Shown here: positions 11,794-25,005 of the stretch, piece by piece
How the letters are laid out: each line of letters begins with the position of its first letter
Position numbering within the stretch: position 1 is the stretch's first letter
Origin: Alloascoidea hylecoeti
Lineage: Eukaryota
DNA length: 64,000 nt
Reading direction: 5' to 3'
Assembly (NCBI GenBank): GCA_001600815.1
Contig: BCKZ01000012.1
Span: 186,001-250,000 of the forward strand
The notes under the pieces: model-generated
What the model saw: the letters and a program-made list of their open reading frames with translations, nothing else
Told to the model about the DNA's origin: nothing
Database searches by the model: none
Made by a program: the position numbers and the translations under genes

Positions 11794-13800
11794 ATGACTA
11801 ACAGAAACCGGCTGCTTCTACCAGCCTCTATCTTATTCTACGCCTTTTTCCTGTTTTCTCTTCCTTTTTTCCTGAAGCCAGCTACTGCCGATGATGTGGA
11901 AAGTTACGGAACTGTCATTGGCATTGATCTGGGTACAACCTATTCATGTGTTGGTGTCATGAAATCTGGTAGAGTCGAAATTCTCGCAAACGATCAAGGT
12001 AACAGAATCACTCCTTCCTATGTTGCCTTCACCGACGAGGAGAGACTTGTTGGTGATGCCGCTAAGAATCAATTTGCAAATAATCCACACAACACCGTTT
12101 TCGATATCAAACGTATGATTGGCTTGAAATATGCTGACAAGAGCGTTCAAAGAGACCTTAAACATTTCCCTTTTAATGTTTCGGATGACAAAGGAAAACC
12201 AGCGGTTAAGGTTGACTTCCTTGGTGAAAAGAAGTCCTTCTCTCCAGAAGAAATTTCCGGTATGATTTTAGGTAAAATGAAGTCAATTGCTGAAGATTAT
12301 CTTGGTCATAAGGTAACCCATGCAGTTGTCACTGTTCCTGCCTATTTCAATGATGCTCAAAGACAAGCTACTAAAGATGCTGGTACTATCGCCGGCCTCA
12401 ATGTTATTAGAATTGTTAATGAGCCAACTGCAGCTGCTATCGCTTACGGCTTAGACCGTACTGATGGTGAGCGTCAAATTATTGTTTATGATCTCGGTGG
12501 TGGTACTTTCGATGTCTCCTTATTAAGTATTGAAGATGGTGTTTTTGAAGTTTTAGCAACCGCTGGTGATACTCATTTAGGTGGTGAAGATTTTGATAAT
12601 AGAGTTGTTAGACATTTCACTAAATTATTTAATAAGAAACACGGCGTTGATGTTACCAAGAGTGAAAGATCATTAGCTAAACTAAAGAGAGAAGTTGAAA
12701 AGGCCAAACGTACTTTATCTTCTCAAATGTCTACTCGTCTTGAAATTGATTCTTTCTTTGATGGTATTGATTTCTCTGAAACCTTAACAAGAGCTAAATT
12801 TGAAGAAATAAATTTAAATCTATTTAAGAAAACTTTAGACCCTGTTGCCCAAGTTTTGAAAGACGCTGGTATTAAAAAGAATGAAGTTGATGATATTGTT
12901 CTTGTTGGTGGTTCTACTAGAATTCCAAAAGTTCAAGAACTTCTTGAAACGTACTTTGGTAAGAAGGCATCAAAGGGAATTAATCCAGATGAAGCTGTCG
13001 CCTATGGTGCTGCTGTTCAAGCTGGTGTTTTATCAGGAGAAGATGGTGCTGGTGATGTTGTCTTATTAGATGTCAATCCATTAACTCTTGGTATTGAAAC
13101 AAAGGGTGGTGTTATGACTAAATTAATCAACAGAAATACTCCAATTCCAACTAAAAAATCACAAATTTTCTCAACTGCTGTTGATAATCAACCAACTGTT
13201 TTAATTGCTGTATTTGAAGGTGAACGTACTTTAGTTAAGGATAACAATGAGTTAGGTAAATTCGAACTTACTGGTATTCCACCTGCACCAGCAGGCGTTC
13301 CACAAATTGAAGTTACTTTTGAACTAGACGCTAATGGAATTCTAAGAGTTACTGCTGCCGATAAGGGTACTGGTAAGACAGAATCTATCACAATTACAAA
13401 TGATCGTGGCCGTCTATCAAAGGAAGAAATTGAAAAGATGGTTGAAGAAGCTGAACAATATGCTGAACAAGACAAAGAATTAAGAGAAAAGATTGAATCA
13501 AGAAATTCATTTGAAAATTATGTTACAGGTTTAAAGAATCAACTTCAAGATGAGGAAGGTCTTGGTTCAAAAATTGAAGAAGATGACAAAGAAACAATAC
13601 TAGATGCTATTAGAGATGCAACCGAGTGGTTAGAAGACTATGGTGCAACAGCTACAAAGGAAGAAATTGATGAAAATAAGGAAAAATTCTCACAAACAGT
13701 TAGTAAGATAACTTCTAAATTGTACGGAGATATGGGTGCTACAATCAATGATAATGATAGTGAGGATGATGAGGATGATTGGGATCACGATGAGTTGTAA
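11794..13800 (+). CDS. KAR2: ER Hsp70 chaperone BiP
   Basis: Signal peptide; [36 protein letters not shown]-terminal HDEL. Confidence 0.98.
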   Translation: MTNRNRLLLPASILFYAFFLFSLPFFLKPATADDVESYGTVIGIDLGTTYSCVGVMKSGRVEILANDQGNRITPSYVAFTDEERLVGDAAKNQFANNPHNTVFDIKRMIGLKYADKSVQRDLKHFPFNVSDDKGKPAVKVDFLGEKKSFSPEEISGMILGKMKSIAEDYLGHKVTHAVVTVPAYFNDAQRQATKDAGTIAGLNVIRIVNEPTAAAIAYGLDRTDGERQIIVYDLGGGTFDVSLLSIEDGVFEVLATAGDTHLGGEDFDNRVVRHFTKLFNKKHGVDVTKSERSLAKLKREVEKAKRTLSSQMSTRLEIDSFFDGIDFSETLTRAKFEEINLNLFKKTLDPVAQVLKDAGIKKNEVDDIVLVGGSTRIPKVQELLETYFGKKASKGINPDEAVAYGAAVQAGVLSGEDGAGDVVLLDVNPLTLGIETKGGVMTKLINRNTPIPTKKSQIFSTAVDNQPTVLIAVFEGERTLVKDNNELGKFELTGIPPAPAGVPQIEVTFELDANGILRVTAADKGTGKTESITITNDRGRLSKEEIEKMVEEAEQYAEQDKELREKIESRNSFENYVTGLKNQLQDEEGLGSKIEEDDKETILDAIRDATEWLEDYGATATKEEIDENKEKFSQTVSKITSKLYGDMGATINDNDSEDDEDDWDHDEL

Positions 13801-13988
13801 TTATAGCTTTTATTTATAGATATCTTTGTTTAAATTGTTTAGTCCTTGAAAACTTATAATTAATTTGAATTATGATGTAGAACAAAAATCATATTTTTTA
13901 TCAAAATTTTAGTAACATTGAAATACAAGCATAGAAGATTAATTCAAATTCCAAACTTTAAACATTTTTATATTAATTTTAGATAACT

Positions 13989-14832
13989 TTAATAATCAGT
14001 ATTTAATCTATAAGAAACCAAAGTATCAACTTTATGTGAATTGGTTGAGAAACTTCTTAGCTTCACTTGCTCTGCATCCTTGATTTCTTTTGGATCAGAA
14101 TCAATCCATTCAGAAGGAACCTCGGCATTATTATCAGCATAAACCAAAACATTAAATGTATAATTTCCTTCAAGGACTGGTAAGAATGTAACTGAAGCTG
14201 TAATTTGTCTAATAATTGCCTGTATTTCTGCTTGAATTTCCTCTGGTGCTTTATTCTTTGGTTTCACCGGAGGTTCAGCAGAATTTGTACTTGTAGTCGA
14301 AGGCGTATTCTCATCTGTTGTGCTTGACTTCTTTGTGACTGGTACTTTTTTAGACGAGAAGATCTCAACATCAAATTGCCATCTTTCTGCTACTTCTCCT
14401 GTATCTTTTGAGGTAATTGCGACAATCAATTTGGATATTTTCTCACCAAGTATCCATTCTATGATATAAAGAAAATTGAATCCATTAGTAAATATATTTT
14501 TACACCTCAAGTATAAGTAATAAACTTACTATGAAGTTGAGCTAGAATCCTCCGTATGTATTTCTTAACATCCTCATCGGCTGTCACCAACATATTCAAA
14601 CCATATTTCTTAACCATCTGAAAATCATCCGGTGGATATATCCCTCTCTGGTATAAAATACTGTTTATACTATACTCTAAATCGATCATATTAGTACTGT
14701 ATATATTCAAAGGGAACAGTTATCTTGGTGCATACCAAAGAACTCCGATACAATCTTCGAAGAACCCTTTAAAGATAATTTGGATCTTGTTGGAGCTTTA
14801 GATGCTGACTTTTTCTTCACTTCAGTTGACAT
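13989..14832 (-). CDS. MAD2: Spindle checkpoint HORMA protein Mad2, 3 exons
   Basis: [64 protein letters not shown]; introns 14677-14735 and 14459-14529. Confidence 0.95.
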
Positions 14833-15026
14833 TTTATTTAATCAGTGTATGATAATATATCGAAAGGAATTGAATAATAATATCTTGTATGATTTCACAG
14901 GTTTGGAAGAAAACCTGGTTTCATTTTTCGTAAACATGTATCACGTGTCACATATTATGATCTGGGCAAAACCTCCTTCTTATGATAATAGCCGGAAGAA
15001 TACTATCACAATTTTAAGAAATAAAT

Positions 15027-16290
15027 ATGGTTAGCGTAAGTATTTGAAGTTGTCCTCTCTTATAATTATATATAATAGGATACTAAATGTATTTAGCATG
15101 GTGTTAAAAGGACAAAGATCAGTAAAAGGTCTGGAGAAGAAAAGAAAAAAGAACAGTTAAAAATTAAATCTTATCGATTGTTAACAAAAGATGTTCTTGA
15201 TATGGTATGCAATTCTATAGATATATTACAGTTAATAGGTAGCCGATGTTTCAATACTGATCAAATGATATAAAGCGAGATAAAGAAGTATATGATGTTG
15301 TAGCATTTGACTTGACAACGAAGTTACTAGATTGGAATCCTGAGTTTTATACAGTATGGAATTATAGAAGGGATATTCTTACAAATGGTCTATTTAAGGA
15401 AGGGTAAGTGAACATTGTAAATCATCTTTGAGATGAACAAAGGTACTAACTTTCTTTTTACTTGTATCTAGGGATATCGCATCACGTTTAGATAATGAAC
15501 TGTATTTTATTAAAAAACAACTACAAAAGTTTCCAAAGGTCTATTGGATTTGGACCCATCGAATGTGGTCATTGGAAAATCACCCTACTCCAAATTGGCA
15601 AGCAGAATTGGGCTTGGTTGATATGTTACTATCAATTGATGCTCGAAATTTTCATGGCTGGCATTACAGAAGATATATTGTATCTCATATAGAAGGTGTT
15701 ACTAACAAATCAATGTCTGAATCTGAATTAGAATTTACTAAAAAGAATATTTTCAAAAATTCTTCTAATTTCTCAGCTTGGCATAATAGGACAAAATTAA
15801 TACCCATATTACTTAAAGAAGCAAAGAAATTGGATCTTAAACAGTTCATGGATCCTGTGGAAGTATTTAAAGGTGAACTGGCTTTTGCTGATCAGGCTGT
15901 ATTTTTCGATCCTGATGATCAATCAGGTTGGATATACCATTCTTGGGTTTTATTATCAAATGAATTTGGTGTTGATAATTCAGTTCTAATCGAAAGCATT
16001 GAGAAGGAGATCAAAGCTATAACAGAATTAAATGAAGAAGAAGAGAATAATAAATGTAAGTTCTCCAGTTTCATATTTCAATATAATCTAGACTTAATTA
16101 CTAATCTGATTATAAAATAGGGTGTTTGAATTCAATATTAGTTTATACGATCCATCTTGCTAAGCTTCGAAAATCTAGCTTAACTTCTACAGAAAAAGAG
16201 GACCTCATAGCAAAAGTTAGAATTTTGGAAAAAATTGATCCTGCAAGACGCAATCGATATCTACATTTGGAGAAAAAGATAGCCATTTAA
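15027..16290 (+). CDS. BET4: Rab geranylgeranyltransferase (type II) alpha subunit, 5 exons
   Basis: MVS|HGVKR; NPEFYTVWNYRR; PKVYWIWTHR; DARNFHGWHYRR; SNFSAWHNR; DPDDQSGWIYH; IDPARRNRY; four GT-AG introns. Confidence 0.9.
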
Positions 16291-16342
16291 TATATAATAA
16301 ATATACAGATATAGTTCTAGTCATATTTTCAATTTATTCATA

Positions 16343-17578
16343 TTAAACATCATTTTCATGCAATTGTTTGAATTCTTCCTGTAAATTGTCTTCTCTATTA
16401 CCCAGTAAAAAACGATATGTTCCTTTAGAACTAATTGTACTATCTCTTGGCTTTAAAAAATTATCTTTTATCATCACATCATCTGATACTTTAGGTAATA
16501 TCAGCTCGGAATTTATAGGTATACGTATATTAACTAGTTTATCAATCGATATATTAAATGCAGCAAATGATGTGATTGTGACATTTTCAATATAAAGAGC
16601 AAGAAGATCAGTAAGTGTTTCTAGATAAGAAATAAGTTTCGTCAGTTAAGAAAAAAAAATTATATAAAGGAGATAATAAAAAAAATAATCTTACCATTTA
16701 TTGATGGCCTATCAATATAAAATTTCTCATAAGGTAGTTCGTATTTTTCATTATCGAGAATTTTACCTGCTAATAAAAGTGAAGAGAATGCGACAACATG
16801 AGGAGGAACTTTCAAATGGATTTCTGTTAGATAAGAATCAAAGCATATTTTCCATGCCATATAAGTTAAATCATGGCCCACTATCAAAGATAGAAGTGTT
16901 AGTTATGTATTAGAGGTTTATAATTTGATTTAACGTATATGCTTACAATCTAATGTTTTGGCCATTTTGATTAAATATTCTTCGGTATTGTATAGTCTAA
17001 AATCAAATGAAATTGCTTCTAATAACTGTCTTTCAACGGCCAGTACACGCCTTCTGATATCATCAATAACAGTAGTTGAAGGTGTGATATTTCGAAGTCG
17101 TAGCGCAGTGGTTATTATATCCTTTAACTTTTTAAGTGTATCCTCAACTTTTGAAGCAACGAAAAGACTCCCCAGCGCAACTTCCTAAATATATTAAGAT
17201 TAGATATTTATATGTAAAAAGAGTAAAAAAGAAAGGACTTACATGGGAAATGTGTTCGTTAAATGGATAAACCAAGAAATATCGTTGGTAAAAGGTCATT
17301 GCCGTTCCAATTGTTCGTATGGGACTATATCTAGTGGTTAGTTTCATATCCCATTTCTCGGTCCCGACAAGCCTTTAAAACACATACAATTGTAACTGAT
17401 TGGATGTCTGTACTAGGAACTGATAAGTAAATGTTATCTTTCTCTTGTAAGCTGAAGGATTCTGGATAGTTTGCTGTTGCATGAAGTGTATTTGACTGGA
17501 GGTGAGGTACGGTCGTGAGAGCTGTGCTACCGACGTGATCCACTCGTTTGAAGAATCGGTAGAAGTCGGTGTTGGCAT
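16343..17578 (-). CDS. CTK2: Cyclin-K-like CTD kinase subunit, 5 exons
   Basis: SRPYLTSSQI, FPIRTIGTAMTFYQRYF, LFVASKVEDTLKKLKDI, ERQLLEAISFDF, DSYLT, C-terminal KGTYRFLL; four introns. Confidence 0.75.
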
Positions 17579-17674
17579 TCTCAATATTTTATATATTTAG
17601 TAGTCTTGCGATGCTGAAAATTAATGGATTCACAAATTAAGAGGGTTGCTTTTGCTTAGTCACCATATAAATAC

Positions 17675-19222
17675 ATGGCATCGCTTTCTTTTCCTCCACC
17701 AACAAAAAACACAAAGAAAGTAAAAATGTCATTGGAAGCAGCACTAGAAGAGGAGCGGCGTCTGAGCGTTGCCCAAATTGGCCAAGACGTAAGAGGTTCA
17801 TCCGCAACCAGAAAATCTATCAGCCATGCTCCTGGATCATATTTATTGTCTCCAGGAAGTCCGAGAGGTCGATCGCCAAGCCCTGGTTACAATCGTATAC
17901 TAACCCCCGTCATGTCTAACAAGTCAAGGTCGCCAGGTCGAATTCTGAACCTAAATGATATGTCTGCTGAAGATGCTGAACTAATGAGACATAGCTCTGT
18001 TGCTGTTGGCCGAAGGGGATCTGAAGCATCGCCAGCTTCTGCTGCTCGCTGGAGCATAACTCGCCGTGATCCCTCAAGCCGGATAAAATCTATTGTCTCC
18101 ACATTCCCAGAAAGAAATGCCCCTATCACACCTGATTCAGAAGAGGTTGCCGTTTCTACTGATGACGAAGATGAAGATTCAGAAGAATCTGAGGAAGAAG
18201 TGATTTATGATACTGACTCTGATACTGAATACGAAGGCATCGGTGTAAATCCTGCTCCTAATTTTCTTTCTATTGAAGAACAAAAAGAATTGTCCCGCTC
18301 ACATGCATCTACCTCTAAGCCTGTTCATAAAAGTATGCTTGATCCAACCGTTCTTAATGCAAAGCCTGATTCGTCTCCAAATGGTTATCGTGTTGTCAAT
18401 GTTTCTAGTGATGCTTATCATACTTCTTTGATTGATGTCGCCGGCGAAAAGAAAAAATTGCACGAATATTCCAATTATAAACAAAAACTGGTTTCTCCAA
18501 ATTCAGAAGTGAGTAAAGGATTCTCTGCTCCTTATACAAGTTCAAGCGAAAAGAAAAAAGATGAAGAAATTTCTGCTAAATTAAATGAAACCATTACAAT
18601 ATCTCCTATTGAATCAAATGAGGAGAATTGTAGGATAATAAGGACTATTACTCGTGGAAATTGCTTTGAAATTATGGCAGAAAACGCTGCTAAAAACAAA
18701 CCACCTAAGACAATTTTGGAGTGTATTGATTTCTCAGAAGAGTCTATATTTGCTTTAGAATGGTGTTTTGGTACTGCACTGGTCGACGGGAGCGTTTTGT
18801 ATCTAGTTTATGCTATTGATGATGGAAGTAATAAATCTACCAATCATCAACCAACTTCAAAAGAACGAATGAAAAAGCGAGTAGATTTTACACAGAAACT
18901 AACCGAGCTTGTCCTAAAATATTTGAGACGAACAAGACTACAAATTCATATTGTTTTGGAAGTGATGCATCATCCTTACCCAAAGCGCCTAATCGTTGAT
19001 CTTATTGACGGTATTGATCCCACACTAGTGGTTGTTGGCTCTAGGGGTAGGAGCACGTTGAAAGGAGTATTAATGGGGTCATTTTCAAACTATCTTGTTT
19101 CTAAAAGTAGTTCAGCAGTTATGGTTGTGAGAAAGAAGTATAAGAAACCAGATCACAAGTCCAAATTAGATTCAAATGGTAAACATGCTAAGCGCAGCTT
19201 GTCCGAAGCTAGAATTGATTAA
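17675..19222 (+). CDS. Universal stress protein (USP) domain protein with disordered N-terminus
   Basis: C-terminal USP fold: CIDFSEESIFALEW, LVDGSVLYLV, VVVGSRGRSTLKGVLMGSFSNYLVSKSS. Confidence 0.85.
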   Translation: MASLSFPPPTKNTKKVKMSLEAALEEERRLSVAQIGQDVRGSSATRKSISHAPGSYLLSPGSPRGRSPSPGYNRILTPVMSNKSRSPGRILNLNDMSAEDAELMRHSSVAVGRRGSEASPASAARWSITRRDPSSRIKSIVSTFPERNAPITPDSEEVAVSTDDEDEDSEESEEEVIYDTDSDTEYEGIGVNPAPNFLSIEEQKELSRSHASTSKPVHKSMLDPTVLNAKPDSSPNGYRVVNVSSDAYHTSLIDVAGEKKKLHEYSNYKQKLVSPNSEVSKGFSAPYTSSSEKKKDEEISAKLNETITISPIESNEENCRIIRTITRGNCFEIMAENAAKNKPPKTILECIDFSEESIFALEWCFGTALVDGSVLYLVYAIDDGSNKSTNHQPTSKERMKKRVDFTQKLTELVLKYLRRTRLQIHIVLEVMHHPYPKRLIVDLIDGIDPTLVVVGSRGRSTLKGVLMGSFSNYLVSKSSSAVMVVRKKYKKPDHKSKLDSNGKHAKRSLSEARID

Positions 19223-19631
19223 TTCTTTAACTTGCCTTTCTTGAACTCACAACTTACCACGATTCTATGTGATATAGTTACATAATGGGGTTACAGTATT
19301 GGTTTAATTATTCATATTTCAACGAGTTTTTATGTTTTCTTTTATGTTCCAAATAATAACACTAGCTATTTATGCCATCCGATATATAATACAAAAATAA
19401 AAAGGTATAAGATATGTTATATATATGATATGAAATCTTGCTAGTTTGATGGTTAATGATATTTATCTTTATTTAAAATTTCTTTTATAAGCTATATAAA
19501 TTTTTTATACAGCAGCTAATATATATAAATAAGTTGTATATACCATTTAATCCGTTTTACTTATTATAATTAGCAAATATTCAAGATCTAGTGCTCTGTA
19601 TACCTAATTAACAAATCTAATTAAGTTTAAA

Positions 19632-20507
19632 TTAGAATTTGAAGACTTGATCTTTGGTGTAACCCAACTCTTTTAAAGCTCCAGAAAGCTCACCTTGATC
19701 AGCTGGGCCAATCTTGTTACCAGATAGAGCTTGATAAAATCCAGGAGGACCACAAACAAAAGCCTTGACATTTTCGGCAGTTGCAGGTGGGATGGAGTCG
19801 CTTAAAAATTTCTTTGTAACAAATCCAGTATTACCTTTCCATTCTGAATTGGCCTTATCAACGAAGTAGTGAACCTTAAATTGTTGTGGGAAGTTAGCTG
19901 CAATATTATCAATTTCCTTCTTAAGAATAATATCATCAGGGGTAGTATTACCATAGATTAAAGTGACTTTAGTATTATCAGCTGCATTTGAAGTAATTGC
20001 ATGAATTAATTGATATAAAGGAGTAATACCAGTACCAGCACCTAATAGAACAATTTCATTATGCTTATTAGCTTCCCACTTATATTTAAGGATTGGGCCT
20101 TTAAATGAAAGTTCATCATTGGGTTTCATATCAAAAATATGGGAAGAAGCAACACCGCCATCGTATTTCTTAATAATCAAATCTAATTTACCCTTAAGAT
20201 CCGGATCGGAAACAGGTGTATAAGGTCTAATTGCAAACTTACCATCTGATTTAGGAACTTTTGTCAAAATACAAGAAGCGGTTTCTAATCCGGAAGGCTG
20301 ATCATGTTCAGGGAAATTGAATGTGAACCTTTTGGTGTTGTGGGTAAGAGGTTCAACGTTAGCCAATTTCAAATTGACCCAATCACCTTGAAGGGCAGGT
20401 TTAATTTCACGGGCAGCGGGACGTAACTGATCTCTGAAATAATAAGCAGCAATTGCGGCTCCAAGACCAAGGACTAAAGCGGGTTTGGCAAAAGATTTAG
20501 AACTCAT
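19632..20507 (-). CDS. MCR1: Mitochondrial NADH-cytochrome b5 reductase
   Basis: ATG at 20507; N-terminal TM anchor; RPYTP, GAGTGITPLYQ, FVCGPPG, LKELGY..QVFKF. Confidence 0.92.
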   Translation of the reverse strand: MSSKSFAKPALVLGLGAAIAAYYFRDQLRPAAREIKPALQGDWVNLKLANVEPLTHNTKRFTFNFPEHDQPSGLETASCILTKVPKSDGKFAIRPYTPVSDPDLKGKLDLIIKKYDGGVASSHIFDMKPNDELSFKGPILKYKWEANKHNEIVLLGAGTGITPLYQLIHAITSNAADNTKVTLIYGNTTPDDIILKKEIDNIAANFPQQFKVHYFVDKANSEWKGNTGFVTKKFLSDSIPPATAENVKAFVCGPPGFYQALSGNKIGPADQGELSGALKELGYTKDQVFKF

Positions 20508-21007
20508 TTGTATTTTAATTGCTAAAAATTGAAAAAGAAGGGGAGGTTTATGGGTAAATTCATTCAAGAATATTTGCAATTGGGTTTTCAATTTAACCTT
20601 TTCTAATAGGACGGGTAACAACTGAGCTTATTAATGCTGATACCGATAAATTAAGCTTAATAAATACTAAATAATTATAAGCCATCTTTGCCACCTGACC
20701 AAGTTTATTATCATAATTCCTCCATCTTTGTCTAGATTTCACTTTTATTATTAATTTTATGTGGGTTGTGTGGAGTTCGAGCATACGAAACCACCTTTGT
20801 TACCTCTGCCAACGCTGCTCCTAATTGGGTAATTCTGGCTGTATGCGTATATTCGTAATACTCATAACAAAACTAGTGTCATTGAAAATTCCCCTAGCAA
20901 AGTTAGTTTCATCGCATTATTCTATCACGTGCCGGTGTCTGGCATAGAATAGATGTAGGATCACATCACACTATCTCAAACTCCTTCCTCTTCAATTCAA
21001 CCCCCAA

Positions 21008-22186
21008 ATGTCTGCGTTATCTGGAAAATCTACCAAGGAGCTGCTGTCATCCGTGAGCAGATTTATCCCACCGTTACTCGAAAACTTCCACAAGGGCCAA
21101 GGTATATAATATGATATATAAACTTGTATGGTATCTCATGATCAGAACTAACAAGGATATTCCAAATCAACCAGCTGGAAGAATTGTTGTTATAGGAGGC
21201 TGCGAAGAGTATGATTCCAATTGAATGTTTTTATTTTTTTCTGATAAATTTAATTAACACTTATTAGCTACACAGGTGCTCCTTTCTTTGCTGCGATTTC
21301 TGCTACAAAGTTAGGTGCGGATATGTCCCACATAATTTGTGAGAAGTATGCCGCTACAGTAATTAAATCATACAATCCAAGTCTAATGGTTCATCCTTAT
21401 ATATATGAATCTGCTAATGTTCCAACAGAAACTCCTGAGGATGCATTCTTAGAATCAAATATCTTGCCCAAAGTTTATGGTATCTTAGATAGAGTTCATG
21501 TGGTCGTTATTGGTCCTGGTATGGGTAGAGATCCATTAATGCTGAAAACAGCCAAGAGAATAATTCAAGAAGTCAAAAAAAGGGGACTGCCTATTGTCAT
21601 TGATGCTGATGGATTATTTCTAATTAACCAAGAGCCAGATCTCATTAAAGGATATACAAAAGCAATATTAACTCCCAATATTGTTGAGTTTAAAAGATTG
21701 CAAAAAGCTTTAGGAATTGATCCTTCAAAATCGGGGAATAATAAGAATCCCGAACAAGCTTCGATCAATATAGCAAAAGCTTTGGGAGGAGTGACTGTGG
21801 TTCAAAAAGGATTCAAAGATTATATATCAAATGGAACTATCACACTCGTAGGGGACATTAAAGGTGGGTTGAAACGAGTTGGAGGACAGGGGGATTTCCT
21901 TAGTGGTACGATGGCCACGTTCTTAGCATGGGCATTGGGTTATCAAGACAATTTATGGGATCACTCTCAAGAAGATGAAAAATCAGGTGGTCCTTTATCT
22001 GATTCAGACCTATTTTTATTAGCTGCATTTGGAGCTTCAAGTGTAACCAGAAGCTCATCTCGTTATGCTTTCGAAAAACATGGAAGAGCAATGCTAGCTA
22101 ATGATTTGGAATACTTTATTGGAAAAGTTTATGAAGATTTGTTTGTTACTGGTAACTATGAACTTAAGACTATAGCTAGTCTATAG
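21008..22186 (+). CDS. NNR2: ATP-dependent (S)-NAD(P)H-hydrate dehydratase (YjeF_C), 3 exons
   Basis: FIPPLLENFHKGQ|AGRIVVIGGCE|YTGAPFF, VIGPGMGRD, VIDADGL, LTPNIVEF, KRVGGQGDFLSG; two short 5' introns. Confidence 0.9.
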
Positions 22187-22275
22187 GAGATATTTTTACT
22201 GAGAACATTAATCTTTATTACTTCAAAATAAATATATAAGCTTCTACCGGTATATGACCGATATATACAAGATTA

Positions 22276-22764
22276 TTAATATACAATTCCGAACAATAGT
22301 GAGATACAAATCACCGCAAATGACATTGATGAAGACCTAAGATCTGACATAAGGTTGAGGGCCTCACCTGCGCTAGATGATGTTGCCGTACTCTGATCAA
22401 AGCTGCCATCGCCACTCTCAGTGCTAGTTGTTGTAGTCTCTGTTGAAGTGGTACTTGTTCTCAGGGTGGTTGCTGTAGTAGAGTTGGAACCATTCCCAGT
22501 ATAACTTGAAGAAGTAGAGCCAGAATTCAAAGAGGAAGTCACAGCTGAACTGAAGCTCGAGGCTGAAGATGATGTTCCTAAACTAGAACTAGCAATTGAG
22601 GAGGAATTCACTGAGATAGCATCACTGCTAGCTGTCAATGTTATACTAGTTGTGGCGGATGTTATAGTACCAGTAGTAGTCATTGTAAGTGTAAGTGTAG
22701 CGCTACTGACCAATTCAGCAACGGCAAAAAGTACGATTAGATAGATAGTTGATTTAAATTGCAT
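22276..22764 (-). CDS. Small Ser/Thr-rich GPI-anchored surface protein
   Basis: N-terminal signal peptide, S/T-rich body, SSSAG omega-like region followed by hydrophobic C-terminus. Confidence 0.75.
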   Translation of the reverse strand: MQFKSTIYLIVLFAVAELVSSATLTLTMTTTGTITSATTSITLTASSDAISVNSSSIASSSLGTSSSASSFSSAVTSSLNSGSTSSSYTGNGSNSTTATTLRTSTTSTETTTTSTESGDGSFDQSTATSSSAGEALNLMSDLRSSSMSFAVICISLLFGIVY

Positions 22765-23150
22765 TATTATAGATATATGTTAGAATGATTAAACCACAAC
22801 ACTCTGTAGTTTCTCAAGCTTTTATATATAGTGCCTTTTTTAATTATAATACAAAGGTGGCTTTTGGTGACATGTGTCTCATTAATAGTAATCAACAAAC
22901 CCGGCTAGGCTATTTTGTTCGTGGCAGTTCAACTACATGACCAAGATTTAAAGTATATTAGTTCAGCCACATGTCTTACTTGGCAAGTACACAGTGATCC
23001 TTGATTTAACTGGTCGTGTGTAACTGTTGTGGTTATTGAATGAAATCAATATTTCAGTGTCTGAGTTAAATTAAAGCTTAGTTAATCTGCATACACCTAG
23101 GCCTTCAAACTAGAATTAATTCTTCCACCTCTTTTTATTATTTAACAAAA

Positions 23151-24503
23151 ATGTCTGCGATGGAACCCCCCACCACAGCGAAAGTCATACTGAACACCAC
23201 AAAGGGACCATTGGAAATAGAACTTTGGGCGAAGGAATGTCCTCTTGCTTGTCGGAATTTTCTTCAGTTATGTCTCGAGAACTACTATAACACAAACCAA
23301 TTCTTCCTAGTTGTAAAAGACTTTATTATTCAATCCGGTGACCCTACAAACACCGGTAATGGTGGTGAATCCATCTATTTAGATTCGGATAATAAAGACA
23401 CTGGGTTTAAAAATGAATTTCACCCTAGACTAAGATTTAATAGACGTGGTTTATTAGGATTTGCAAATATAAATAATGTCAAGAATTCAAATAATTCACA
23501 ATTTTTCATTACACTAGCGCCAACGCCAGAATTAAATGGAAAAAACACAATGTTTGGTAGAATAGTTGGTAATACAATATATAATGCTTTAAAAATAGCT
23601 GATACTGAGACCGATGAACATGATAGACCTTATTATCCTGCTGTTATTAAAGATGCGGAAGTTATTGTAAAATATTTTGAAGATTTAACTCCTCGAATTA
23701 AAAAACAAGTCGATAAACCAATAAAAACTCATAAAAAAGAGAAAAAGATAAATTTAAAGAAAGTCAAACTCAGTTTCAATGATGATGATGATGAAGAGGA
23801 AGATGATCCACCGTTGAAGAAATTTAAAATTAAACCTTCTAAGCCAGTTAAGAAAGTTACTCGAAAAGCAAAAGTTGATCATGATAGTGACTCAGAATCA
23901 CATTCTGATTTAAATTCAAAACAGACACCGTTAGAAACGAAGAAACCCTTTAAAGATAACCCAAAGGGCTCACCTAATAAATTTGATGATAATAATGATG
24001 ATGAAAATGATTCGAAACCTGAATCGAATTCATCTAACTCAGCATTACCTGCTCACTCTAATATAGAACCAACCACATCAAAGCTAGAATCTATTAATAG
24101 TGAAATAGAGGCTTTAAAAGCTTCTATTCGCAAGCCAAAATCCATAGAAACGTCCAAAATGAAACAGAAGAACATTAGCTTACTCGAGAAACAAAGACAA
24201 GAATACCTAGAAGGAACAAATAAAGCAGTACGAGGCTTAAGGAAGGCAGGTAAAACATCTAAAAGTAAACTGGCAACTCAAAAGGAAATGAGAGAATTAC
24301 AAACTTTAGCTAAACTTGATAAATTTAAGGCTAAGCTAACAAGCTTTAACTTTTCAAATGATGATAAAGATCAAGAGGAGAATGAAGATAACACATTTTT
24401 AACTCATCGATTACAATTTGAAGATAATCCGGACAATTTTAGATTAGAAAACGAGGATTTATTAGTAACAATTGATCCAAAGAAAGCAAAAGAAAAATTA
24501 TAA
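23151..24503 (+). CDS. CWC27: Spliceosomal cyclophilin Cwc27
   Basis: EPPTTAKVILNTTKGPLEIELWAKECPLACRNFLQLC, EFHPRLRFNRRG, SQFFITL, C-terminal HRLQF..LLVTIDP. Confidence 0.9.
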   Translation: MSAMEPPTTAKVILNTTKGPLEIELWAKECPLACRNFLQLCLENYYNTNQFFLVVKDFIIQSGDPTNTGNGGESIYLDSDNKDTGFKNEFHPRLRFNRRGLLGFANINNVKNSNNSQFFITLAPTPELNGKNTMFGRIVGNTIYNALKIADTETDEHDRPYYPAVIKDAEVIVKYFEDLTPRIKKQVDKPIKTHKKEKKINLKKVKLSFNDDDDEEEDDPPLKKFKIKPSKPVKKVTRKAKVDHDSDSESHSDLNSKQTPLETKKPFKDNPKGSPNKFDDNNDDENDSKPESNSSNSALPAHSNIEPTTSKLESINSEIEALKASIRKPKSIETSKMKQKNISLLEKQRQEYLEGTNKAVRGLRKAGKTSKSKLATQKEMRELQTLAKLDKFKAKLTSFNFSNDDKDQEENEDNTFLTHRLQFEDNPDNFRLENEDLLVTIDPKKAKEKL

Positions 24504-25005
24504 ATAGTTGAAGCTTTGGGTTGGATACTAAAAATGATGGTTCGAATAAAAGATCTCACACACTCAATTCCAACCTTCAATATGATAATTAACTATTATA
24601 AGCCAAAAATAATTTTCCAATTATTAAGTGTGTGGTATCTAATATGTGTGGTAATTTCTACATCATAATAATATTAATAGTTTATCCGGATCCTCAGGGT
24701 CCGATTTGGAAGTTTTTTAGGTGAAATTTTAATTTTTGGTTCTAATTTTACGCTTACAGAGAAGTAAATTGTGCTAAAATACAAAATTAAAATCATCTCA
24801 TAAGATTAGGAACAATCCGTGACAGAAGACAAAATATAATAAGGATGACTTTGATTAAATATTTTTAGTTAACAACCAGAGATATTAGAAGTTTGTAAAG
24901 TTAGTAAATCTATTACCAAATAGCTATTATTATAGTCACCTATACCTATACCTATATGTTAACGAATGGATCACTTATGCTATAGAAATCATCTATAACA
25001 TAAGT

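Noticed and set aside
24680..24770. snRNA suggested by a small hairpin, an Sm-like AATTTTTGG and TACAGAGAAG
   Set aside because: No U5 loop I, U4 or U6 flanking conservation; such motifs are expected by chance in AT-rich DNA
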